DNA from: Ginglymostoma cirratum
Taxonomy: Eukaryota
Length of the DNA stretch: 64,000 nucleotides
Direction: 5' to 3'
Assembly: GCA_024137785.1 (NCBI GenBank)
Contig: JAHRHZ010000009.1
Location: 12,885,421 to 12,949,420 of the forward strand
A program made the position numbers and the translations under genes. The notes under the pieces are model-generated. The model was not told the DNA's origin. It made no database searches and saw only the letters and a list, made by a program, of their open reading frames with translations. Within the stretch, counting starts at the first letter, position 1. Each line of letters begins with the position of its first letter. Positions 1-11,889 of this stretch are shown here, piece after piece.

Positions 1-113
1 CATCAGAAATGGGCCCATTTCTGATGAAGGGTCTAGGCCCGAAACGTCAAGCTTTCCTGCTCCTACGATGCTGCTTGGCCTGCTGTGTTCATCCAGCTCC
101 ACACCTTGTTATC
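1..113 (+). mobile_element. Short Penelope-like element, family A, with a minimal hammerhead motif (18-51); right arm of a palindromic insertion
   Basis: Reads CTGATGA-A-GGGT(CTAG)GCCC-GAA-ACGT-C. Bases 1-26 are a perfect palindrome (CATCAGAAATGGGCCCATTTCTGATG). The body is homologous to 26921-26995 and to 58459-58550 (reverse strand). Confidence 0.75.
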
Positions 114-296
114 ACTGAAGAGATGACCTGGTCATTATCACATGGCTGTTTGGGACAGCATTCTGTGTGTAAATTGGCCGCTGAGTTTCTTCCATTACAT
201 CAGTGACAATATTTTCCATGCGCTTTAGTCGCTAAGATTTTAGGGGCATCCTGTTGAGGGTGGAATATGCTAACTGAATACACATACTTTCTTTGC
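112..296 (+). mobile_element. 3' part of a Deu-domain-type SINE (SacSINE1-like)
   Basis: CTGGTCATTATCACAT..GCTGTTTG..TGTGTGTAAATTGGC..CATTACA.CAGTGAC, homologous to copies at 11.5, 45.6 and 49.8 kb. Family name is from memory. Confidence 0.6.
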
Positions 297-459
297 TTCG
301 GATTCCCTGTAACGCTGCTTCTGACTGCAGAATATCTCTGCTGAGATATTGTCTTTATTCCCGGTGTCTTTATTCTACAAAAAAAGGTGCGAATTAGTAC
401 AACCACCTAAAACCAGTGCGGCTGCTGAGGCGAAGATTCCACGGTCAAACTGAGTGGCA

Positions 460-584
460 AACACCTGAAGAAGGAGCGAGGCTCCGAAAGCTTGTGTTTT
501 CAAATAAACCTGTCGGACGATAACCTGGAGTCGTGTGATTTCTGACCTTGTCGACCCCAATCCAACACCGGCACCTCCACAACA
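460..584 (+). mobile_element. Short Penelope-like element, family B, with an intact minimal hammerhead motif (459-499) and a 13-bp TSD
   Basis: Reads AAACAC-CTGAAGA-A-GGAGC(GAG)GCTCC-GAA-AGCT-T-GTGTTT. Flanked by AAACTGAGTGGCA (447-459) and AAACTGAGAGGCA (585-597). Confidence 0.8.
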
Positions 585-2383
585 AAACTGAGAGGCATTC
601 AGTACTCGACAGTGTTCACTCCAATCGAGGGTCTTAATTAAAACTTAAACTAAATCACAGCAGCTGAGATTTCCATGAGAAGAAACAGATGATTTTAAAC
701 AAAGGAGAAACCGTGCTACAATACTGATACTATTCAAAGCATTAGGAGAGGGCAAGTGTAAGGTGTATTGGAGGGTGAGCGGGTCTGTGTTTAAAATCTT
801 TCACTGTAACAGTGACACGTTGGAAAGAATAGATCAGCGAAGCGGTGTCAATCACAGCTGTGGTGCTGTTAAATGGTACTGTGTACTCCAAAGTGCACAG
901 CTGGAATAGAGGCAGTGTTCCTGGAGAACATATAGTGGATGTGGGACTTTAGGAGGAGATGTCGTCACGAAGTGCTGGATTAAGAGGCCGGGACAATATG
1001 AAACATGTCAGCGTGCACTCGTATGATAAGGCTCTCACGAGGAATTTATTGGCCCAATGCTATTTCTATTTCTTTCTAATCTCGTTCGCCACATTCGTTC
1101 CGTGCAATCTGTCTCCATAATCTCCTGTGTCAGAATCACAGCCAATAGCACACAGTAATTGCGAGAGAACAGAAATATGCAAACACCCGATAAAGTGCTG
1201 CTCGTTACTCGTATTGAGGAGAATGTTGGATACTCGCTGCCTTTAAATAAGAAAACAACCGGTGGAGACACATTTGAGCAGGGAATGCATTGGCGGGGGG
1301 GGGGGGGGGGGGAGAGATAAAGAGCATTCCGTGTAGAATAGAGGATGGTTGCTTTGCTTCGTCCCGCCGATTCCCCATCCCCCTGATGTACCTCCCTAAT
1401 CCAGGGCCCTGCTACGGGGCACCTTCTGTTTCTGGGCAGATGTGAAGAAACGACCGTTGTCTATAGACACCGTATAACATCTGATAACCGAAATAACTTG
1501 GCGAAGGAAATTCGCCCTTAGAGCAAGGATATTCTGAAAGAGATCAAACTGTTACAAAAGAATATTACATTCAACACGTAACCGACTCCAGGAAGCACAT
1601 GGGAAAGCAGAGAGAGTGAGTTCACAGCAGGAGTTAGCGGGTATCGGTTCTGGGATTCTTTCGCGAATTGTCCCAAAAAATATGCTCCAATTTTGTGGAC
1701 GACACTTTGAGAACATCAGTTCTGACCTGTTTAAAACTTTCAGAAAACATTTCCCGTCCCCCTCAGTTTCAATCTAGCGAGACATAGCAGCACAGAATCC
1801 ACTTTCAAATCATTCGCCCCTACAATATTGCGAAGCACGTTGCGGGGGTCGGGGTTGGAAGAGGATGGGGGTGGGGGTGGGGGTGGGTGTGGGGGTTGGA
1901 TGTCCCGTTCATTTCCTTTATGAACTCGCTAATAGAGCGGAGATGGCCTTCCGTTTCACAGAGGCTTCTAGGTATATACAAAAATACGCCAAGCAAAGGG
2001 ACTGAAATCAAACAGCCTGCGGGAAACAAGGACTTTCATGTGTTGCGAGGGAGTGAAACGACTACCTGTTATTCTACGTGATTAGTACTGCTTAACACTC
2101 TTCTAATATTGCTTGAGATGCTGCCTACTTTCTCAGCACGCTAGTCTAATGACTTCGAGAAAACGCCGAGCCAGCTCATGCAAGGTTGACTCTCTCTGTT
2201 TAATGTGGGATTAGGAGCAGTCAGTAGCCCAACATTAGCAAAAATTATTGGGGGCTTCACCAAATAAAGACACGCAACCAGGAGCAGCCTAACTCACGCG
2301 TACTGTGGGGACTGCAACGTCGTGTATGAGCGGAGCCTGTGTCTAGCGACCACCCTGTGCGCTAGCCTCCTTGCCCAGAGGTA

Positions 2384-2506
2384 AAATACTGCAGATGCTC
2401 GAAAAATGCGATACAAAAGCTGGGAATAGCCAGCGGGTCCGGTGCCAACATCTATGAAGAGACACAGAGAGAGAGCGAGAGAGAGAGAGCAACTCTCATC
2501 AGAACT
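2384..2506 (-). mobile_element. Degenerate short Penelope-like element with an internal (GA)n tract
   Basis: AAATACTGCAGATGCT... matches the reverse complement of the tail at 60165-60214. It ends CTCATCAGAACT, which is AGTTCTGATGAG on the minus strand. Confidence 0.45.
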
Positions 2507-3184
2507 TTCCGCGGTCATCTCCGATCCATGTCGATGAGCTGACTAGTTTTAGGTTGAAAGGACAGTTTGAGTTTCTCCCAGAAACAGTCCCTGCTTGCAG
2601 TAGTCGCAGCATAACCCCAGCAATGACACTCCCCTCCAACCCCATTCCCTCCCCAGCGACCCACTGGAGAAAGGGTGAGAGGGCACCGGGGAATTCTTTC
2701 ACAGCCCTAGGGATTGACATACTACCCCATTAAATCCGACTTTTAAAATCGCGATAAGAGCACCAGAAATAGGAACAAGACTTAATAACCGGGCCCCGGA
2801 GCCTGCTCCACCATTCGCTATGATCCTGCCTGTATTTCTGTAGAACTTACACTTTCTCTCCCTGTTCCCATCTTCATCGATTCGTTTAGTGTCCAAAAAT
2901 ATGGATATTAATCTTGCATATACTCATTATTGAACACCCACAGACCTCTGGGTTAGATTATCCCAAACATTCACAATGTTCTGAGTGAAAAAATTCACTT
3001 CAACTTTGTCTTAAATAACAGATCCTACCCTGGTACTGTGACCACTCATCCTAAACTCACCAATCCTGTCCAGCATTTATACCACCGAGTCCTCCCAGGA
3101 ATTTTACACCTTAATGAGATCCCCTTCATCTAGATCATCTTGACCAGGACAACACTTTCATTCCAGACTTCAATCCTGGTGAAT

Positions 3185-3286
3185 CAGTTCCAAAGAAGGG
3201 TCACTGGACCTGAAATCTTAACTCTGTTTTCTCTCTACTGTTGCCAGACCTGCTGAGTTTTACCAGCACTTTCTGTTTTTGTTTTA
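3185..3286 (+). mobile_element. Degenerate short Penelope-like element, family C (hammerhead core mutated)
   Basis: CAGTTCCAAAGAAGGGTCACTGGACCTGAAATCTTAACTCTG...TGCCAGACCTGCTGAG, homologous to 60075-60214. Confidence 0.7.
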
Positions 3287-3327
3287 ATCTGGCTGGATCT
3301 TTATTATGCCCTTTCAAGGCAAATAGA

Positions 3328-3435
3328 CTGTTGTGGTGCAATGTCGCTACTTTTGAACCTGGGAGGTCTAGGTTGAAGTCCCACCTTCTGCAGTATTGTG
3401 TAACAACATCCTTGAACAGGTCAATTAAAATCTAT
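3328..3435 (+). mobile_element. About 110-bp tRNA-derived short SINE
   Basis: B-box-like GGTTGAAGTCC and terminus TGAACAGGTCAATTAAAA; homologous to 11256-11372 and 27255-27345. Confidence 0.55.
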
Positions 3436-6269
3436 CCTTTTTCTGATGAGATGGCTTATAGGTAGATATATCCTCATTGTGATCTTGTGCCTGATCTATA
3501 CAATGGTGGCAAGACATTCCTCGTGTTATGTTCCAACTAATTCAGTTCCAATAAAGGCTGACATGCCACTCACCTTTCTCAGCTTGTTACACTTGCATGT
3601 TAACTTTCTGTGTTTGTGGACAAGAACTCGAAATCCTAGCATACACTAGTCCCTTCTCTTTAAAAGCAAAGTTGTTTTCCATTCTCCCTACTAGTGGCAA
3701 ATTTCACACTTTCCCACATTATACTTCATCTATCATCTTCCTGACCAATCTTGTAAACAGTCTCTATCCCTTTACATTTCCATTACATCCTTTTTGCAGT
3801 TTATTTAGCTAGATATGAATGACTCAATAACAATCATTTTAAAATCTAAAATTATCATAAGCTTTTCAGTTAGCCACTGCTGTTACAATATCCTATGATT
3901 TTTAAAAAAAATTTCCCATGTGAATGCATATTCATGGAGAATTATGAATATTTCTTTAAATGATTGCCAATTTTTATCCTCCATCATACCTTTAAATCTA
4001 ATTCTCAATCTATTTGCCCAACTCACTCCCCTTAACTCCATGGCTGGCTTTCATTTAGTTTATCACCAGAGTTTCACGCTTAACCTTATGACACAGAAAC
4101 TTAATACAACATCCTATCATGTTGGTTCACTGCCTCTCAAAGGGACCTTTACTATAATTGTAAAACTAACCCTGTCTCGGTACAGAATAATAGATCTCAG
4201 ATAACCTAACCTCGAGCTGTTGCTTCAATAATATTCTGGAATAGACAATTTTGGAGTGGATTAAATTGCAACTATCGAGTAGTATTTATGTCAATTACTC
4301 AACAATCCAGAGAAAGTGATTGTGTAATTCCACTATCTAAAAATTTGAATTCAGTTTAAAAATCAAGGTTTCTTTGAAAACAAAAACAATGCTACCATCC
4401 ATAAGCCTGATTAAAAAGCTATCTTACTCTCAGTAAACATCTTTCAAGCAAAGGGCCAGGAACTGACCAGTTGAGCACATTTTAACATTAATTTAGTGAG
4501 ATGTGGATCACATGAGATACTTCAGTTAAGGACTAATGTCATATAGGGGTAAGTCATATACTTCTTGTGCAGTGGAGGAATATTAAATGGACTTATTCAC
4601 AGATGTGCAATACATTTAAGTTTCAGATCAGCAGGGATGTGTCAAAATTTTACCAGATACAGGTTATCACACCAAGCCATTGTGTTGATCATGATTAAAC
4701 AGAGAAGCAGCTGAATCTGTCTCTGTTTGCATAATTCTTAAAGTTCTTGCTTCCCCATGTCTGATCCATTGTTTCTTGCTCATCTCTATTTGGTTTCCAG
4801 TTCCTGATGTTTGAACTTATCACAGCAGTCCAAATTTCTGTTTATTGCCGCAAGAGTGGGGATAAATTAGTTCTTCCTCAAAGACAGCTATTTCCTGTTT
4901 ATAAATATAGTGTATTTAGGAAAAGCTTTCTCAACCCAAATTTAGGAAATCCAGCTTCATGTTACAGCAATTGTTTGCAGCCTCCAGTTTATAAATCATG
5001 GAAAACCCTACCACATTTTCCTATGACATAGTTCATCTATCAACATGCCAATCTCCAGTATTTACCAAGACCTTATTTCCACCCATTTTGTCTGTGCCAT
5101 ATTGATATTTATATCTCCATATGTATTTTCTGTCTTCAAAACCTTACTTTTGTTGTCACACTGTCACAATATAAATATTAAACTCTACATTTATAATGAA
5201 AACTTCTTGTGTGAACTTGTCACCTTGCAATGATACCTTTCATCCACCGGTGACGTTCAATTGCCTCAGTTCCTTAGAATGTATGTTAAAGATCCTCCTT
5301 TGCTTCAACAAACTCTGCTTCTAAAATTGTCATAATTTTTGATTTTTGACTAAATATGAAATCAAAATTATATTAGAAGCTAAGACAAAAAACAGGACTT
5401 TTACATGAGCCCTGTCTACCTGTACAACTTGGTCCCTTATCTCCAGCTTCTCCTCAAGTCTACATTTAGTCTTAACTTCCTCTGTTGGACTCCATAAGCG
5501 ATTAACTAGTGTAAGATGAATGGTGAATAAAATGTCTATCTACTAATGTCTCTTTGTCAATGAGGTTGCCAAGGTTGGTTGAATCTTATGCCTGAATCAA
5601 TTCTGTGCTAGAATCCATAGCCTGGCAGTCCCTTTGGCCAGGGTAACAGTGATATCATCTTGTCCCAAATGTCCCGTGAAATGTAAAGCACCTGTTATTG
5701 AGGGGTTGGCTGCTTGGAGCTTTGGTTATCAGAATTGGCTGATGATTGTCAGCAAAGGAAAGGTTCCAGCCATGGGCTAAATGGAGACAAAACCATTGAG
5801 AGCCCATACATCAGGAATGACACTTCAGCTTTGAGCTTTTCTTCCTGGATGTCTAATTCTTCATTTTAGGTCTGACTGCAGTTTCTACCAATAAGAATAT
5901 TGAGAAATATGCCAACTATTCAAAGCTCCATACAAAGGTGAAAGTTTTAAAATGACATTTAGCTCTGGTGTCACAATTCACGTGAGAAGCTATCTTTCGT
6001 CCTGCACACATAGCATTGTGAGTTCCAATTCATAACAGAAATGCAATTGCAAATGAAAGCTACATCCAGTATCAGACGACAACTTTGTCAATGGAGTAGT
6101 GTGTGGTGAATCTGGAGCCAAGAAACAATAGATGGAGGTAGTGGTTCTGGGCATGGAGTCGGTGAGTAGTGGCATGGGCTGTGAGTAGTGAATGCAGTGT
6201 CAGGTGATAAGTAGGGAGAGGTTACTAATCTAGAGCTGGTCAACAAGTATATAGAGATTTCCAATGATC

Positions 6270-7412
6270 TGTATGGCTTCGTTCATAGGATCCAAGGAAA
6301 CGTGACATGTTGGATACAAAATTGGCTTAGTGTTTGGAAGCAAAGTGTAATGGTTCATAAGTGCTCTAGCAGGCTGTTTCCAGTAGGTTTCTGCAGGGTT
6401 CAATACTGGATCCATTCATCTTTGTGGTATAGATCAATGAAATAGACTTAAATATAGGAAGTGTGTTAAAAAGTTTGCAGATAATACAAAAATTGTCTTT
6501 GTGATTAATAGTGAGAAAGAAAGCTATAGACAGCAAAAAAAATCAATATGCTGGTTGGGTCGAAAAGAAAATGGCAAGTATAGTTTTACCTTAAGTGCAG
6601 GGCAGTGCATTGGTGGAGGAGAAATGAGTCAAAAGAGTAGACAATAAATGGAAGGACTCTGAAAGGTATAGAGGAATAGAGGAATTTTGGGGTGCATATC
6701 CATTGATTTCTGAAGGTAGCAGGGCAGTTATCTGGGGTAATCAAGAAGCATATGGGATACTTCCTTGGGTATGATGTGGAATATAGGAGCAGGTAGGTCA
6801 TGTGAGAATTGTAGAAAATAGGAGTTAGGCCACAGGTAGAACATTATGTAAGATCATGATTACTGTTTTACAGGGGAAGAATATGTTTGCACTGGAGAGT
6901 ACAAAAGTTATTTTCTAACTAAGATGCCAGAAATGGAACAATTTAGCCATGAGGAACAATTGGATAGGTTGGGTCAGTTTTCTAAAGGAGGAGGTTGAGA
7001 AGAGATCTAATTGAGGTGTAAGACATTATGGGAGGCTTAAATAGAAAAGGTCCCAGTGGTGAACTTTGCAGAGCCCCACTAGAAGTAGTCTGCCAATCAC
7101 CAGGACACTTATCAACAACAATACCTTGTTGTTTCCTGCCTCTCAACCAATGTTGGATCCAGCTTGCCTTAACAGAGATTGCAATAACAAATGGGGAAGC
7201 ATCAATTAGAGGACAGTTGAGGGGATACATTTTCAAACATCAGGTAATGAAGTTCTGGAAGGTATCGAAAGAAAAGATGAATTCCTCATCATCATACTTA
7301 GATCTACATGAACAGGCATAACCTATTCAAATTTAGACTAAGAGCTGGAAGATGGGATAACGATTATTTTGCTGGTATAGATGTGATGGGCCAAATTGCT
7401 TTCTTCTGTCCT
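6270..7412 (+). mobile_element. Decayed CR1 LINE ORF2 (RT) through the 3' end
   Basis: TTTGCAGATAATACAAAAATT (FADDTK-like), GAGATCTAATTGAGGTGTAT and 3' tail GATGGGCCAAAT..CTTCTG. Confidence 0.75.
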
Positions 7413-7629
7413 TAAATCATGCAGTGTGTAAATTGAGAGGAGCAATAAACAAATGTAGGGCAGTAGATTTAGGGATGTAAACACTGTTCTCTGCATGAGT
7501 CCCAAAGACAGTTTTGCATGCCCAGTGCTATGGTTGAAGACACTTCAGGGCTGGGTGGAACTGGAGTGGGGAGGGGAATAATCCAATTGCCATGGTTCAT
7601 GTGAATACCAACAATATAGGTTGTGGTGG

Positions 7630-7922
7630 AGGCAAGTGGAGTGGTATTATTGTTAGGCTATTATTCCTGGGTTTGAATCCCACAATGGCAGATGGCGGAA
7701 TTTGAATTCAGTCAAAAAAAAGCTGGAATTAAATGTCTAATGATGAATAGGAAACCATAATCAATTCTCAGGAAAAACACATCCTTCACTAGTCTGGCCT
7801 GTATGTGGCTCCAAATCCACAGTAATGTGGTTGACTCTTAACTGCCCTTTGGGCAATTAAAGATGTGCAATAAATGCTAGCCCAGTCAGTGACACCCACA
7901 TCTATGAATGAATTTTTAAAAA
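7630..7922 (+). mobile_element. tRNA-derived SINE with a LINE-derived tail, inserted in CR1 ORF1
   Basis: GGGTTTGAATCCCAC B box and tail GGGCAATTA..GATG.GCAATAAATGCT..CCAG.CAGTGACACCCACATC. Homologous to 43606-43920 (minus), 24715-24875 and 55600-55760. Confidence 0.75.
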
Positions 7923-7997
7923 ACGTAAAACAAAGGAAAAAGTTTCTATTGAGGGAGTACAGGCAGCTAGCAACTAAATTAAAATTGCAGAATTATA

Positions 7998-8200
7998 AAA
8001 GCAATGTTGCCATAGTCCTGCTCTCTCATTAGCGAGAGAAAATGGGTAGTGAGTTTAACTTGAGGGTCACTGAGCCTCAGGCAGGTGTGAGGTTGAGAAG
8101 GATGGAACCTTCTCAGCCAGCCAGTGCAGGAATTGAATGCGTGATATTGGTGTTATACTACATCACAAATCAGTTGTCTATCCAACTGAGCGACAGACCC
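7998..8200 (-). mobile_element. tRNA-derived SINE (second family), inserted in CR1 ORF1
   Basis: The minus strand starts GGGTCTGTCGCTCAGTTGGATAG (A box) and later has TTCAATTCC (B box). Its 3' half is homologous to 47131-47247. Confidence 0.7.
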
Positions 8201-11081
8201 ATAAAGGTAATAGCCCCTGGATTACTACCTAAATCATGAACAAATAGCATGAGGCAAATAAAACCAAGGAATGTAAAACATGGTTGTGGAGAAATAGGTT
8301 TTTATTTATGGGGCACTGGCACTTGTACTGGCAAGGAAGAAGCTGTGCCATGGGGATGGCCTTCATCTGAACTGGGCTGTGAGTATCAAATTGACATGTC
8401 ATATATCTAGGCCTGAAGAAACGGCTTTAAACTAAATTATTACAAGATTGTGGGGGAGGTTGAGGATGGGAGATTCACATGAGACGTATTTGAAAAGCTG
8501 AAGTAAAAGGACAATATTGCAAGGTGGTGACTATGGGTCATGATAACCAGAGTGTGACAGGAAGGGACAGAAAGTACAAGTAAGGTCAAAGTAAGGAAAA
8601 AATATGAAAAGACAGACTTAAAAGACCTTTATCTGAATGAAGGCAGCATTTATAACAATATACATGAATTGAAAGCATTCCATGGATAAACAGACATGAT
8701 ATATAATAGTCATTATAAAGACATAATTGCAAATTGACCACAGCTAGATCTTGAACATTAGAGAGTACTTGACATTTTGGAACAACAGAAAAAATGGAAA
8801 AGATGTCATGTTAACCAAAGATGGGATCACTACAGTAGTAAAACATTGCCTTAGCTTGGAGAATCAAAGTCTAGAATTGGTTTAGGTGGAGGTAAGGAAC
8901 AACAAAGGAAAGAAGTTACATGGAGGAGTGGTATATAGGCTCTCACACAGCAGCTACATTGTACTACAGAGAACAAATCAACTAATAATGGGGGCTTGTA
9001 AGTACATTGATAATTATATATATAATATAAAAACTATATATATATGAATCAGATTGACAAAGGCAGCTTAGAGAATGGACAAATTTAGATCAGTTTCATG
9101 GAACTATATATTCTGCATGATTTGAGGGAACAAACTATTTTGAACCTGGCCATGTTCACTACAATGGGATTAATAAATGCTTTCACAACAAATTTTATTC
9201 TTGGTAAGAATGTTTATAACATAATAAAATTTCACATTCAGTTTGTGGGTGAGAAATGCAGATCTTAAACTAATATGTTAAACGTAAATTAAAGTGATAA
9301 TAAATCTGTAAAAATTTTGGCTGAAATGATCTGGGAAAATATGTTAAAAGCTAAGACAGTGGAGAAGCAATGGCTGATATTAAAGGAGATAACTCTCAAC
9401 AAACATATATTGCATTGAGAATGAAATATGCAATGCAAAGAATGCACTATGCCTGACTAACTAAGCAAGTTAAGGATACCACAAAAGTGAAAGAAAAGAC
9501 GTACAGTGCTACAAAGATTTGTATTAGGCTGGAAGATAGGAAACAATTTTAGAAGACAGCAAAGAACAACTAAAAATAGTAAAGGTAGAGAAATTGTAGA
9601 ATGACAGAAAGCTAGCAACAAATATGAAAGTAGACCATAAAAGCTACAACATGTATATAAAAAGAAAAGAAAAGACACGAATAGTAAGCAATGGTACTTA
9701 CAGGATGACACTGGAAATTTAGTGACAACAGGGAAATGGCAAAGATTTTGAAGGAGAATTTTGTATCTATCTTCCCAGTAGAAGTTCCAAAAAACTTTGA
9801 GAACAGTAGAAAATCGAGAGGGAAAAGACTAGGGAGAAAAGTAATACAACCATGATCACTAGAAAAGTACAAGGAAAACTAAAGGGATCAAAGTCCAACA
9901 AGTTGTCTGAACCTGATGGTCTACATCCTAGTATCTTTAAAAAAGTGGCTGCACAGATAATAGATCAATTGGTTGAAAACTCTAAAATTCCTATGATCCT
10001 TCAAAGGTCCCAAATGCTGTTAGTTTAACACCTGCCATTGCAAATTGCTTGAATCCATTCTGAGAAGATACTTGCAGAATATTTAGAAAATAAAATTGCA
10101 AACAAAAGTTAAAATGGTTTTGTGAAAGAAAAATCATGTTTGACAAATTTATTAGAACTATTTGAAGATGTAATTTGTAGGGTCGACAAAGGGGAACCAG
10201 CAGATGCAGTGTATTTGAATTTTGAAAAAGCATTAAAGAACACTTAGAATGGAAGATCTTATGGTATTGGGTGTTATATATTATCATGGATAGAAGATTG
10301 GTTAATTAACAATAGAAGTGAGTTGGGATATATGGATCATTTTCAGGTTGGAAAATAATGAATGAAGCACTGCAGGGTTCAGTGCTGGCATTGTTTTTTT
10401 TTTGTGACTTATATGAATTACTTGATTGAAGGGACTGATTTATCATAGCCAGATTTGCAGATGACATAAAGATAGGCAAGAGTACAAGTTGTGGGGAAGA
10501 TACAAAAAACCTGCGAAAGGATATAGTTAGTTAAGTAAGTAGGCAAAACGTTGGCAGATGTTGTATAATGGGCAGAAGTGTGAGGGTGTCCACTTTGGCA
10601 GGAAGAATACAAAAGCCGAATATTATTTAAACGGAGAGAGACTATAGAAAGCTGCAGTACAGATGGACCTGGGTACATGTATCAAAAAAAATTAGCAGGT
10701 ATTTAGGAAAGCAAATGGAAGGTTGGCCTTTGTTGCAAGGTGGGTAGCAGGGAGGTCTTGCTACAACTGTGCAGAGCATTGTTGAGAAGGTACTTGAAAT
10801 GATGCGTACTGATCCGGTCTCCTTACTTCAATAAGTACACATTGAAGCAGTTTAAAGAATGTTCACTTGGTTGATTTCAAGCATTTAAAAGGATATGCTT
10901 ATGAGAAAAGCTTGAAAATATTCATTGGAGTTTAGAAGGAAAAGAGGAGGCCTATTGAAACATGTAACATTCTGAGGAGATTTGACAGGGTTAATGTTAA
11001 CAGGATGAATCTAGAATTAGGGGGCATGGTTTTAAAATACGGAGGTTCCAAGTTATCATTTTACAGGGCAACAGAAGTGTC

Positions 11082-11672
11082 AGCCATGTGGGTAACAATG
11101 GGTCAGAATGTCCACTCCAGGACTTGAACACAAAGGTAAGGCAGCTCCTCCAATGCAATACTAAGGGAACATTAGCAGGTATTCTCTTTGAGTGAAACTT
11201 TAAACAAAGGGATTCCTGTCTTCTCAGGTGGGCAACCCCCGTACAGGCCATCAGGGGCCTCTTGTAGTGTGGAGGCAGAGTCCTTACCCCTGGACAAGGT
11301 GACATGGGTTCAAGACTCACCTGTTCCAGTGATGTGTAATAACACCGGTGAACAAGTTGATTAAGGAAAAATAGGTTAAATGAATAATATAAACCTTACA
11401 GAGATACTTAGGAAAAGGGGATGAAGAGTTACCCCAAGTGCCTGAAAAATAATTATCCCACAGTCAATATCTCAAAAGAATTATCTGATCCTATCTTAAT
11501 GCTAACCCTATATGGTCATTATCACATTTCTGTGAATAGGAGCTGGCTGTGTGCAATCAGCTGCTGTATTTCCTGAATTTCAAAAGTGATTACACTTCAA
11601 AAAATACTTAATTGACTATAAAATACTTTCAAACATTGTGAAAGGTGCTTTATAAATGTAGGTCTTTCTTTC
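11082..11672 (+). mobile_element. Deu-domain-type SINE carrying a nested short SINE (11256-11372)
   Basis: CACTCCAGGACTTGAACAC..TCTCAGGTGG..[insert]..GGTCATTATCACATT..CACTTCAAAA..GTGAAAGGTGCTTTATAAATG. The insert has GGGTTCAAGACTC and TGAACAAGTTGATTA. Confidence 0.7.
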
Positions 11673-11889
11673 AAGGAGAAGTAGGCTCCTAAGCTTATTA
11701 TCAATTATTAATCTTGCTTAAAGATGCTGTCAATTCTGACTATGATCTTACATTATTAACTACAACATCTGAGAGATACAATTGCACACCACACTGGTTT
11801 CACCCGAATGGGAGAGCAGTAGCGATGGACAAGCAATATATGGAAGACACTGCCCACCAACCATAAAACAGCCTGGATATAGCGCAAAG

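Larger units (their letters stand above)
2755..4260 (-). mobile_element. Decayed CR1 LINE fragments
   Basis: Reverse-strand CR1 3' end (ATAAGA..CAGAAATAGGA..GAGCCTGCTCCACCATTC) followed by remnants resembling the younger copy at 38.5-39.7 kb. Confidence 0.6.
7440..11052 (+). mobile_element. Long decayed CR1 LINE: ORF1 SGNH-esterase remnant plus ORF2 EN-RT, interrupted by two SINEs
   Basis: 7515-7620 resembles CLPGA..VVHVGTNDIG. 8626 CTTTATCTGAATG resembles the EN start LYLNARS. 10453 TTTGCAGATGACATAAAG encodes FADD. Many stops and frameshifts. Confidence 0.75.

Noticed and set aside
1293-1900. G runs and G4 motifs at 1293-1312 and 1844-1899
   Set aside because: Simple G tracts with no associated gene or other evidence of function; homopolymer length may also be unreliable.
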